A stretch of DNA of 13,645 nucleotides, from IMG/VR virus record IMGVR_UViG_2541047884_000005; one strand, written 5' to 3'. The notes beneath the pieces were generated by a model. It worked only from the letters and a program-made list of their open reading frames with translations. It was not told the DNA's origin and did no database searches. This document shows positions 1 to 8,044 of the stretch, piece by piece. Position numbers and translations under genes: made by a program. Every line of letters begins with the position of its first letter. Positions within the stretch are counted from its first letter, which is position 1. The DNA comes from a virus (lineage: Duplodnaviria > Heunggongvirae > Uroviricota > Caudoviricetes).

Positions 1-92
1 CAGAAAAAGCTTATTATGCTTCCATCGGAAACGATGATCTGGCAGCCTGAGTTCACAGATAAAACACTCTCCAGGAAACCCGGGGCGGTTCA
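1..92 (+). mobile_element. IS629-like right end, partial copy truncated by the window edge
   Basis: Positions 1-92 are identical to 6475-6566, the last 92 bp of the complete IS copy including the terminal ...CCCGGGGCGGTTCA inverted repeat. Confidence 0.85.
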
Positions 93-330
93 CTTTGCCT
101 CCCCAGCCGCCGACCATGCCAGATTGAGAGAGTACGGGAAATGCCTCGATAACGATCTTGATCGCTTCGTTGAGACGTTCAATATCGACATCGGAACCCA
201 TATTAGGTGGGCATCCCTGATAGCAGACTCGACCATTTTGGATGCTAACAAGGCTCTTGAGCATGGCATAATTAATTCCATAAAAACTGCAAGGCTGGCA
301 TCCAATCAGGCAAACTGGTGGGTTGTTTGA
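93..330 (+). pseudogene. Possible 3' remnant of an unknown gene cut by the IS insertion (reading frame continues out of the IS end)
   Basis: Open frame from inside the IS end to a stop at 328-330, converging on the terminator at 352-380. No recognisable family, so it may be non-coding. Confidence 0.2.
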
Positions 331-351
331 TGGGTAAATCATGATTACTCC

Positions 352-380
352 TTATAAAAAACCCACCTGACGGTGGGTTT
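352..380 (-). terminator. Rho-independent terminator of the 1403->379 operon
   Basis: Perfect 7-bp stem ACCCACC (361-367) / GGTGGGT (372-378) with a TGAC loop. On the minus strand it is followed by a T-run (reverse complement of 351-360) and sits directly after the stop at 379-381. Confidence 0.7.
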
Positions 381-828
381 AGTCAAACATAGTGTTTCTA
401 AAGTCTCTCGCATACCCTGCTAACACTCTCATTCTATTATGATTGTTAGCAGACATGTGAGCTACAGGATGAAAAAGAGCAATCAATGAATACCTGTTCT
501 CATCAAAAAGATTTTGTGCATAAACGAGAGCGGTATTGGATGTTTTATGCCACTGCAACTTTTGCGGTGTGCTGATATCTGTGCCATTTTTTATTGGCTC
601 AAATTTATTTTCACCAATTGCTAAATGAAGGTGCATAAGGCCTGCATCTTCAATATCAGGAGGTCGATGATAAGAGGTGTCTCTGCCAAAATAGCTGGGC
701 AACGTTCCCGTAGACTTGTAGATGATAAAATCATCTACAAGTGTTTGTTTTAAATCAGGAAACTCAACAAAAACCGGGGAGAAAAAATAGTCAAAACTAT
801 CCTGATTATATTCCACGGTTACTTGCAT
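379..828 (-). CDS. Hypothetical 149-aa protein, second gene of accessory pair; no family recognised
   Basis: ORF with GAGG Shine-Dalgarno overlapping the upstream gene's stop, 8-bp gap to ATG (826-828), and terminator immediately downstream. Hand-counted 60-nt sample (541-600) had 25 G+C. Confidence 0.7.
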   Translation of the reverse strand: MQVTVEYNQDSFDYFFSPVFVEFPDLKQTLVDDFIIYKSTGTLPSYFGRDTSYHRPPDIEDAGLMHLHLAIGENKFEPIKNGTDISTPQKLQWHKTSNTALVYAQNLFDENRYSLIALFHPVAHMSANNHNRMRVLAGYARDFRNTMFD

Positions 829-836
829 GTTTTACC

Positions 837-1403
837 TCAGTGGAAGTTACCAGAGTGAAACACACGAGTCCCGTGCTCAGCAAGCGCACGCAAACCAGCC
901 ATATCTACGGAACTATCAAAAACAACCGGAACACATGAGCGTTGTTTAATAAGACTATTCAGGTTGGTTACGGCAGATCTGGCATCAGCAACAACGATAT
1001 AGATATCTCTTGCGATCTCTTTAAAATCAGCAGAAGCTTCTTTGAATACCGATTTCATTGCCCCTTCAAGTCCTCTCAATTGATGCTCTATCAATCGAGA
1101 CTTTTCTGGTTCAATGATAGACAACACATTGTCTACATTCTCATCGGTAGCGTTTGCAAGAACACGATAAGCGTATTTCAGCATTCGAGACAATTCTTTA
1201 ATCGAAGACACCGCCTCATGAAGCTCATCATTAGCCCGTTCACTGCTGAATGAGGATTGATGGTAAGCGTGCTGAACGTTATCAGTAACAACCACCTCAC
1301 AACTGAACGCAGAAGCTTGCTGTAATAGCAAACCTATTGCGACTCCAGCTTTGGCAGCGTTCAAGCTAAACATTTCATCAATCCCATTAGTCTCATTGCT
1401 CAT
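837..1403 (-). CDS. Hypothetical 188-aa acidic, mostly helical-looking protein, first gene of accessory pair
   Basis: ATG at 1401-1403 preceded by AAGGAGG (reverse complement of 1409-1415) at 5-nt spacing. The ORF-track start at 1433 is a TTG without an RBS, so the 1403 start is preferred. Confidence 0.7.
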   Translation of the reverse strand: MSNETNGIDEMFSLNAAKAGVAIGLLLQQASAFSCEVVVTDNVQHAYHQSSFSSERANDELHEAVSSIKELSRMLKYAYRVLANATDENVDNVLSIIEPEKSRLIEHQLRGLEGAMKSVFKEASADFKEIARDIYIVVADARSAVTNLNSLIKQRSCVPVVFDSSVDMAGLRALAEHGTRVFHSGNFH

Positions 1404-1578
1404 ACAAACCTCCTTCTTATCGGAGATTATCAATAGCTATGCATCCATTGAATACACGCTATGCGCAATAAGTTTACGTCACGTGATATCATTATGCAAC
1501 CACCGTTCTATCACCGACTAACTTTACTCCCACTCCTATACATCATCTGGTATCCTGCGCAAAACTAAGGAGGTTGGT

Positions 1579-1929
1579 GTGAATGCTCAGTCTGTCATCA
1601 TGGTTTTCCTTGGGCTGATTGTCGCAAAACTATATCCAGACTGGTGGAAAGGGGCATTAGCTACTGTCGCCATCTATTTGCTTTTATCCATCGTTAAGCG
1701 ATCACTCGCTGAGACCGTAAATCAAGCAAAACGTTTCTCATTTAAGAGTTTAATAAACTATGTTACTGGGCTTATTTTTTGCCTTTCAATTCTGATCGCT
1801 TCGGCTTTTTTGCCCGTATCAATAGCTAATTTTTTTGGCGCACCATATGAGGTAGGTTATCTATTCTCTGTTTCCTGTCTTGCCATTGCTCTTCTTTACC
1901 TGTGGACGAGATCAAAGAATAAAAATTAG
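1579..1929 (+). CDS. Small polytopic membrane protein, 116 aa, about four hydrophobic segments
   Basis: GTG start with AAGGAGG (1567-1573) at 5-nt spacing. Hydrophobic stretches such as VIMVFLGLIVAKLY and LIFCLSILIASAFLPVSIANFF. Hand-counted sample 1741-1800 had 18 G+C in 60 nt. Divergent from the 1403->379 operon. Confidence 0.65.
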   Translation: MNAQSVIMVFLGLIVAKLYPDWWKGALATVAIYLLLSIVKRSLAETVNQAKRFSFKSLINYVTGLIFCLSILIASAFLPVSIANFFGAPYEVGYLFSVSCLAIALLYLWTRSKNKN

Positions 1930-1946
1930 CCATCCGTGGCTGCCAG

Positions 1947-3962
1947 TTATTGAGCTTCTTTTTGTGATGCCTGTGCGACTCTGGTGAGCGATTGTGTGAC
2001 CGTACTGATCGCTCTGTCATATGCTGTGCTACCTTTTGGCGTATTTGCCAGACGTAACAAGGCATTTCGTATAACAGGGCTTTCGTATGCCTTCGCAGCT
2101 CCTCCTACGACACCAGCAGCAGGAACAACAAACGCAGCCGTTTTTAGCATCCCCGCTAATACTGCTGCGTTTATGATGCCACCACCAACTAACAATCCAT
2201 AAAGCTGCTGACCATTTAAGTTTTGAACGTTCGCTTTTGCCGCGTGTCTTGTATCGTTGAGGTATTTAATAACGCCGTCCAGTTCCTTTCCATGTACGCC
2301 TTTAAAGAAAGTTGCTGATTGCTTCCTGTTCCGGTGTAACGCATTAATAAACTTTTCAACACTAATATTTCCAGACGGATCAGTCGCCTTATCTACAGCA
2401 TTCTGAACTATGGCTGCTCGTGCGTTTTGCCTACCATTGTCATCCAGAAGCCTGTAAAGCTGAGAACGTTCTGATGGGTTTTGGCTAAAAACGAGTTTTG
2501 TTACATCCTCAGGTGTAGCCTTGCCGCTGGCTATTGCCTTTTGAACGCGCGTTCTTCCCATCATGTCATTGAATCTAGCCCATGAGCGATCAACCCTAGA
2601 CATATTGGCAGCTTCTTCTGAGCCTAGTTTTTGGGATACTGCTTTTTTCATATCCGCTGTATATGCCTTGTAGACAATATCGCTGGCTTTCTGGAGCGTG
2701 TCTTTATCAACAGTCTCGTTTGAATTCATGAACCGCTTTCGAAGGTCAGTTCTGTTTTCTCTCGCCAGACGCAGGTCATTGGGTCCGCTGGTGATATCGT
2801 CTTTAAATTGCTGCAAGACTTTTACCGCGGCTCTATCCTGAGATTTGCCCGGGCGGCTTAACACGGCAATCTGATTGTCGATAGCTTTTACCGTGTTTGA
2901 GAGATCGACAGGGGTATCCCCCATAGCGTCAATTATGCGGTTATATCGCTTTCCTGCTGCCTCAATGAATTTTTGTTGCCCTTTAGTCGCAGATTCATAA
3001 AGCTGTTTATCAGAAATGCCACCCAGACCATCGCTAAATGTTCTGACTAAATTTTCTCGTGCTTGTTGTTGATTCAGCCGATTCTTACCGGTTCCAAAAA
3101 AAGGAACTCTTTCGCCTAATGTCTGAGCCTGACTCTGCATAAAGGTTTTATCTTTCAGCGTGTCACTGGTCATTAACGGCAGGTTTCTTTCCGACGCAAA
3201 ATCGACAGCAGCCTTTGCTTCCGGTGACATCTCACCGCGAACAGCCCTGGAAACCGCACTAACTGTATTTTCCAGCCCCTTGCCAACACCACCAATGCCA
3301 GCAGAAATTACCGTTTGTGCAGGATCAATATCTTCTCCGCCAGCAAGGCTGGTGCCACCCTGTAGTGCTAAATCTGTAGCAGCTGATTTCCCTATGGCAC
3401 CAAGCACCGTTCCAGCCCTGCCCGCTGGTGTGAACGCTAACGCATTAGCAAGAAACGAAGTCAGGTCTTGCGGTGATAAACCTGGCTTGTTCAGGGCATA
3501 ATCACCGGATGGCAGGGAAACGATAGTGTTACCCTTCTCATCCTGCCTTAATTTCGCCCCCATACTCTGAAGAATCTTTTCCTGAGACGCGTCGGAGCCG
3601 AAAAGTTGAGACCATCCAGCCTTCAGGGCATCCATGCTTAGTGAGTTCAACTCAGGGGCAGCCCCAACATTTTGCAGTCTCTCCATTTCTGGTGTCATTC
3701 GGCTTTCACCGGTAACGGCATCGCGCATTGCAGCACCTAAAACAGCCCCTTGCTCAGCAGAGCGATCTAGTCCTTCCTTCTGCTGAGTGGCAAGCTGTGC
3801 ATATCCTGATGCAAGTGAGTTGTCTGCTGGCGATTGCTGAACACCTTGTTGTGTTGGCGCTGACTGACCAGCAAAATACTCATCAATGGCGGACCCAATA
3901 TCTTCCGTGCTCGTACCATCAGGAAAGGTAAATGTCTTACCATTTGCAGTTACTTTCATCAT
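1947..3962 (-). CDS. Virion internal / DNA-ejection protein-like, P22 gp16-class, 671 aa
   Basis: Long Ala/Gly/Gln/Ser-rich ORF whose ATG overlaps the upstream gene's stop (ATGA at 3959-3962), in late-gene orientation. Family assignment is by context and composition, not a verified alignment. Confidence 0.6.
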   Translation of the reverse strand: MMKVTANGKTFTFPDGTSTEDIGSAIDEYFAGQSAPTQQGVQQSPADNSLASGYAQLATQQKEGLDRSAEQGAVLGAAMRDAVTGESRMTPEMERLQNVGAAPELNSLSMDALKAGWSQLFGSDASQEKILQSMGAKLRQDEKGNTIVSLPSGDYALNKPGLSPQDLTSFLANALAFTPAGRAGTVLGAIGKSAATDLALQGGTSLAGGEDIDPAQTVISAGIGGVGKGLENTVSAVSRAVRGEMSPEAKAAVDFASERNLPLMTSDTLKDKTFMQSQAQTLGERVPFFGTGKNRLNQQQARENLVRTFSDGLGGISDKQLYESATKGQQKFIEAAGKRYNRIIDAMGDTPVDLSNTVKAIDNQIAVLSRPGKSQDRAAVKVLQQFKDDITSGPNDLRLARENRTDLRKRFMNSNETVDKDTLQKASDIVYKAYTADMKKAVSQKLGSEEAANMSRVDRSWARFNDMMGRTRVQKAIASGKATPEDVTKLVFSQNPSERSQLYRLLDDNGRQNARAAIVQNAVDKATDPSGNISVEKFINALHRNRKQSATFFKGVHGKELDGVIKYLNDTRHAAKANVQNLNGQQLYGLLVGGGIINAAVLAGMLKTAAFVVPAAGVVGGAAKAYESPVIRNALLRLANTPKGSTAYDRAISTVTQSLTRVAQASQKEAQ

Positions 3963-5256
3963 TCCACCGTAAATTGAATGCCTGATTTTGACGTGTAGCT
4001 ACCTCCTGCTGATTGCTGAGTAGCTGGCTGTTGCCTTGATGATTTCTTCCCGCCATTACCAACATTAACGTTATATTGCTGGTTGTAATTGTCGGTATAT
4101 TGCTGAATGTCGCGCATTGATTGTTGCAGCGCTTCAGGACTTGAGAAATCAGGCTTTGGCATACCCTGAAAATACCTATTGGCCTCTGCTTCGGTGTTGA
4201 TGCCAGATGCCCCCATATCTCGGGCTGCTGCAATCCCCTGATTTTGCATTTTGCCCATGATTCGCTGTGCAGCGTTGTATAGCCTCCTCTCCTCAACACC
4301 AGATGCCCTGCTACGAATATCTGCACCAAGAGCAAAAGAACCTGAAGAACCTGTAATACCTGTCATGAAGCCAAGATCGTCAATTGATGCGCCAGAAATT
4401 GCATCAAGATCTTTCTTCATTTCGTAATTCTGTGCATTAGCTGCCGATGTAGCCGGAGCAGCAATAGAACTGGCGGGGACGCGAATCATATTGCCCTCGT
4501 TGTCTATTCCTTCGTAGAACGCATTAGCACCAGCGCCGTGAAGCTTCCTACCAACCGTTACCGTTCTGCCATCTGCCAGTTGCACAACATTCTCCCCGCC
4601 AGCATCAGGACGACCTCGAACACGAAGATATGTCTTTTGTTGCTCTGGAGACAGGCTGTTGAAATATTGATATTCTTTAACAGATGCAGGAACAGCACCT
4701 CCAGCAGTGCGCAGGGAGTTTTCACGGCTAACAGCAATGCTTTGCGCCTTTAAACCTTCCCCAGCTTTATTGCTGCGAATCGTCTCTGCCAACTTGCCAC
4801 GCTCAATATCCCGACCTTCCATTTGATCTTTGATATCGAAATACTTCTCATGACCGAGAGAAAATAGTGCCAGATTACCTGCGAAGTGCTGGAAGCCCTG
4901 CGGGTCATTAACCTGCATTTCCGCAATAGTTTCTGGAGGGATACCTAAACGACGCATCTCCTTTTCGTTATCCATCATGAACCTGCCAAATGCACCCGGA
5001 CCAAGCGACGAAGCGACCTGAGCCTTAAGCGCCAGATTGCCAAAATCATCCCGCTGGGCGTCATCGACATACCCCATGCCTTTACGGACTTCCTCAAACT
5101 CTTCGGGGAATGCTGTAATAAGATTACGCATCTGCTCCCTGTCGCCGGACGCATAAGCATCCGCATAACCTTTCTGGAATGCCGCTTTACGCTCCTGCTT
5201 TTGCTGCTGCTTATAAATATCAGCAACTCCAGCCAGACCACGAAGACCTGTCAGAG
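3959..5256 (-). pseudogene. 5'-truncated ejection-protein-like gene (P22 gp20-class), decapitated by IS629
   Basis: Frame is open without a stop from the ORF-track Met (5131) all the way up to the IS boundary at 5256, so the original start and promoter are gone. Gly/Ala/Gln-rich; coupled to the downstream gene. Confidence 0.6.
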
Positions 5257-5310
5257 TGAACCGCCCCGGGAATCCTGGAGACTAAACTTCCTGAGAAAGA
5301 GGTAAACAGG

Positions 5311-5637
5311 ATGACTAAAAATACTCGTTTTTCCCCCGAAGTCCGTCAACGGGCAGTCCGTATGGTTCTGGAAAGTCAGAGCGAATATGACTCACAATGG
5401 GCGACAATTTGTTCCATTGCTCCAAAGATTGGCTGTACGCCGGAGACTCTGCGTGTCTGGGTTCGCCAGCATGAGCGGGATACCGGGGGCGGTGATGGAG
5501 GGCTCACCACCGCTGAACGTCAGCGTCTGAAAGAGCTGGAACGTGAAAATCGTGAACTGCGCCGCAGTAACGATATCCTTCGCCAGGCTTCCGCTTATTT
5601 TGCGAAGGCGGAGTTCGACCGCCTCTGGAAAAAATGA
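5311..5637 (+). CDS. IS629 transposase OrfA (HTH / leucine-zipper part)
   Basis: 108-aa [23 protein letters not shown]... matches my memory of IS629/IS1203 OrfA. Ends at TGG AAA AAA TGA, the A6 run (5629-5634) typical of IS3-family -1 frameshift windows. Confidence 0.9.
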   Translation: MTKNTRFSPEVRQRAVRMVLESQSEYDSQWATICSIAPKIGCTPETLRVWVRQHERDTGGGDGGLTTAERQRLKELERENRELRRSNDILRQASAYFAKAEFDRLWKK

Positions 5638-6524
5638 TGCCACTGCTGGATAAGCTGCGTGAGCAGTACGGGGTCGGACCGCTATGCAGCGAACTGCATA
5701 TTGCCCCGTCAACGTATTACCACTGTCAGCAACAGCGACATCATCCGGATAAACGCAGTGCCCGTGCGCAGCGCGATGACTGGCTGAAGAAAGAGATACA
5801 GCGCGTATACGATGAAAATCACAAGGTATACGGTGTGCGTAAAGTCTGGCGTCAGTTGTTACGGGAAGGTATCAGAGTGGCCAGATGCACTGTGGCACGT
5901 CTCATGGCGGTTATGGGACTTGCCGGTGTTCTCCGGGGTAAAAAGGTCCGTACGACCATCAGCCGGAAAGCCGTTGCCGCAGGCGACCGCGTAAACCGTC
6001 AGTTCGTGGCAGAACGACCTGACCAGCTGTGGGTGGCTGATTTTACTTACGTCAGCACATGGCGGGGCTTCGTCTATGTGGCGTTCATCATTGATGTGTT
6101 TGCCGGATACATCGTGGGGTGGCGGGTCTCATCGTCCATGGAAACGACATTCGTGCTGGATGCACTGGAGCAGGCGTTATGGGCCCGTCGACCGTCCGGC
6201 ACGGTCCATCACAGTGATAAAGGTTCTCAGTATGTATCGCTGGCCTACACACAGCGGCTTAAGGAAGCCGGATTACTGGCATCAACAGGAAGTACAGGCG
6301 ACTCGTATGACAACGCGATGGCGGAGAGCATCAATGGTCTTTACAAAGCGGAGGTAATACACCGTAAGAGCTGGAAAAACCGTGCAGAAGTGGAACTGGC
6401 CACACTCACGTGGGTGGACTGGTATAACAATCGACGATTGCTGGAAAGGCTGGGCCATACTCCTCCGGCAGAAGCAGAAAAAGCTTATTATGCTTCCATC
6501 GGAAACGATGATCTGGCAGCCTGA
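5634..6524 (+). CDS. IS629 transposase OrfB (DDE/rve catalytic domain), expressed as OrfAB fusion by -1 frameshift
   Basis: -1 frame relative to orfA, overlapping at the A6 run. Contains DDE-type motifs ([30 protein letters not shown]). Confidence 0.9.
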   Translation: MMPLLDKLREQYGVGPLCSELHIAPSTYYHCQQQRHHPDKRSARAQRDDWLKKEIQRVYDENHKVYGVRKVWRQLLREGIRVARCTVARLMAVMGLAGVLRGKKVRTTISRKAVAAGDRVNRQFVAERPDQLWVADFTYVSTWRGFVYVAFIIDVFAGYIVGWRVSSSMETTFVLDALEQALWARRPSGTVHHSDKGSQYVSLAYTQRLKEAGLLASTGSTGDSYDNAMAESINGLYKAEVIHRKSWKNRAEVELATLTWVDWYNNRRLLERLGHTPPAEAEKAYYASIGNDDLAA

Positions 6525-6566
6525 GTTCACAGATAAAACACTCTCCAGGAAACCCGGGGCGGTTCA

Positions 6567-6600
6567 CGGCGGGAATGAGGACCATGACTGTTAAAGAGCA
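6567..6600 (-). promoter_or_regulatory. nutR remnant: intact boxA plus the 5' half of boxB, cut by the IS629 junction
   Basis: On the minus strand: TGCTCTTTAACA (reverse complement of 6589-6600), a 14-nt spacer, then TCCCGCCG (reverse complement of 6567-6574), identical to the first 8 nt of the nutL boxB hairpin at 7714-7731. The next base is the IS terminus. Confidence 0.5.
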
Positions 6601-6606
6601 ATTTGC

Positions 6607-6792
6607 TTATGCCGCTTTGCGGTAAGCGCTTTCTTGATACTTCAGGGCGCCAGCTGTAACGACTTCCAGTCGATAGGCGTCTTTCTCTGGGATGACTTCC
6701 TTCCACTGAGAGACTGCTGCGTCGCTAATGCCTAACGCTTTAGCTACAGCACGCTGGGTTCCGAAGTGGTCGATAACATCTTTCTTGTACAT
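6607..6792 (-). CDS. cro: Cro repressor, P22-type
   Basis: 61-aa MYKKDVIDHFGTQRAVAKALGISDAAVSQWKE... with HTH; matches remembered P22 Cro. GGAG RBS upstream; divergent from the repressor gene across the operator region. Confidence 0.9.
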   Translation of the reverse strand: MYKKDVIDHFGTQRAVAKALGISDAAVSQWKEVIPEKDAYRLEVVTAGALKYQESAYRKAA

Positions 6793-6872
6793 AGACTCGC
6801 TCCGAAATTAAAGAACACTTAAATTATCCACTAAAGGAATCTTAAGTCAAGTTTATTTAAGATGTCTTAACT
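6793..6872. promoter_or_regulatory. OR operator region with PR/PRM; three 18-bp operators
   Basis: Three matches to the P22-type operator pattern ANTNAAG-N4-CTTNANT at 6807-6824, 6830-6847 and 6855-6872. The last abuts the c2 ATG with no RBS, consistent with a leaderless PRM transcript. Confidence 0.65.
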
Positions 6873-7523
6873 ATGAAAACTCAATTGATGGGAGAGCGCA
6901 TTCGCGCTCGGAGAAAAGAACTCAAGATCAGGCAGGCCGCACTTGGAAAGATGGTCGGCGTGTCTAATGTTGCCATATCTCAGTGGGAACGCTCTGAGAC
7001 AGAGCCAAATGGAGAGAATCTTCTCGCCCTGGCTAATGCGTTGAAGTGTTCCCCTGACTATCTGATGAAAGGAGAGGAAAGTCTTTCAAACATTGCCTAT
7101 CACAGTAGGCATGATCCAAGAGGGTCATACCCTCTGATTAGCTGGGTGAGCGCAGGATGCTGGATGGAAGCTGTAGAACCATATCATAAGCGTGCAATAG
7201 ATAACTGGTACGATACAACCGTAGACTGTTCAGAAGATTCGTTTTGGTTGGACGTGAAGGGAGACTCAATGACGGCTCCGGCCGGTCTCAGTATCCCTGA
7301 AGGAATGATAATACTCGTCGATCCTGAAGTAGAGCCGCGTAACGGGAAACTGGTAGTTGCAAAGCTCGAAGGAGAAAACGAGGCAACTTTCAAGAAGTTA
7401 GTTATTGATGCAGGCAGGAAGTTTCTAAAACCACTTAACCCACAATATCCGATGATCGAGATCAACGGAAACTGCAAAATCATCGGCGTAGTTGTCGATG
7501 CAAAACTAGCAAACCTTCCATAA
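6873..7523 (+). CDS. c2: Prophage repressor C2 (CI-type: HTH plus S24 LexA-like autopeptidase domain)
   Basis: 216 aa, near-identical to my memory of P22 C2 (MxTQLMGERIRARRK...GVVVDAKLANLP). Ala-Gly cleavage site (VSAGCWM) and GDSM serine motif present. Confidence 0.93.
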   Translation: MKTQLMGERIRARRKELKIRQAALGKMVGVSNVAISQWERSETEPNGENLLALANALKCSPDYLMKGEESLSNIAYHSRHDPRGSYPLISWVSAGCWMEAVEPYHKRAIDNWYDTTVDCSEDSFWLDVKGDSMTAPAGLSIPEGMIILVDPEVEPRNGKLVVAKLEGENEATFKKLVIDAGRKFLKPLNPQYPMIEINGNCKIIGVVVDAKLANLP

Positions 7524-7547
7524 GGGGGCATTCGCCCCTTTTTTTTT
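7524..7547 (+). terminator. Rho-independent terminator after c2
   Basis: GGGGC (7525-7529) / GCCCC (7534-7538) stem with ATTC loop, followed by nine T (7539-7547). Confidence 0.7.
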
Positions 7548-7550
7548 ATT

Positions 7551-7650
7551 TCCTTTAAAAATCAAAGCCAAACTTAAGTTACGAAAGAAAATTTAAGTTT
7601 TCTTCAAAAATGCTCTTGACCATTAATTAAAGAGATCTTAAATTTAAGCC
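7551..7650 (+). promoter_or_regulatory. OL operators and PL promoter
   Basis: Operator matches at 7626-7643 (ATTAAAGAGATCTTAAAT, perfect to the pattern) and 7591-7608 (one mismatch). TTGACC at 7616-7621 and TAAATT at 7639-7644 with 17-nt spacing, reading toward N. Confidence 0.55.
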
Positions 7651-7689
7651 ATCAGCAGGACGCTGGAAGCCAAACGGAACAGATTGGCA

Positions 7690-7731
7690 GGCTCTTTAAC
7701 ATTGATGGGATTGTCCCGCCGAAATGCGGGA
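7690..7731 (+). promoter_or_regulatory. nutL: boxA GGCTCTTTAACA plus boxB hairpin
   Basis: BoxA-consensus match at 7690-7701. After a 12-nt spacer, stem CCCGC (7715-7719) / GCGGG (7726-7730) with a CGAAAT loop. About 40-80 nt downstream of the predicted PL start, and the same boxA/boxB sequence recurs after cro. Confidence 0.55.
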
Positions 7732-8044
7732 ACCAAAGAGTAGTTGGCTTTGGGGTGACGTGAAGTGCAGCTGCACGACGGCAACCGGAAGATAAGCACC
7801 CGGCGCGTCACCGCCAAAGTCAATTCCATAGGCGTTATGCAGCCGCCACCATATTCAAGAAAGCTGCACAAGAGGTAGGAGGATTTATGTGAATGCATAA
7901 CTTCAAAACCGAGGTTAATTAAATCTCTCGATCCGAGCATCGACCTATTAGGTGGCGAGATGCTCTTTCTGCCCCTCAGTTCGAGGGGCCAGAAACCACT
8001 TTGCAATCACTATCAATTCCAAAGTTGTTTCATCGGAGGTCAAC

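Larger units (their letters stand above)
5257..6566 (+). mobile_element. Complete IS629-like insertion sequence (IS3 family), 1310 bp
   Basis: Terminal inverted repeats TGAACCGCCCCGGGAATCCTGGAGA (5257-) and the reverse complement of ...TCTCCAGGAAACCCGGGGCGGTTCA (-6566). Encodes orfA/orfB with DDE-type core. Flanking triplets GAG (left) and CGG (right) do not match, so there is no target-site duplication. Confidence 0.9.

Noticed and set aside
741-1253. Plus-strand ORFs 741-938 and 942-1253
   Set aside because: Antisense to the coupled 188-aa/149-aa gene pair, which has clear RBSs and a terminator.
3937-4335. 132-aa minus-strand ORF, plus other short ORFs (4538-4753, 4975-5241, 1984-2202, 3160-3501) overlapping the ejection-protein genes
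   Set aside because: All lie in alternative or antisense frames of the long, coupled ejection-protein-like ORFs; no independent RBS or terminators.
6567-6585. Minus-strand ATG at 6585-6583 (MVLIPA...) running into the IS, a possible cII-like start
   Set aside because: Lies inside the nutR boxA-boxB spacer with no RBS, so it is more likely a coincidence than a truncated gene.
6382-6594. 70-aa ORF reading out of the IS629 right end (the same frame appears at 16-330)
   Set aside because: It is the reading frame of the IS terminus continuing into whatever flank follows, so its length is accidental; no RBS. The 93-330 part is kept only as a low-confidence remnant.
7644-8006. 120-aa minus-strand ORF over the PL leader
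   Set aside because: Overlaps nutL and the structured leader antisense to the PL transcript; no RBS; composition not protein-like.
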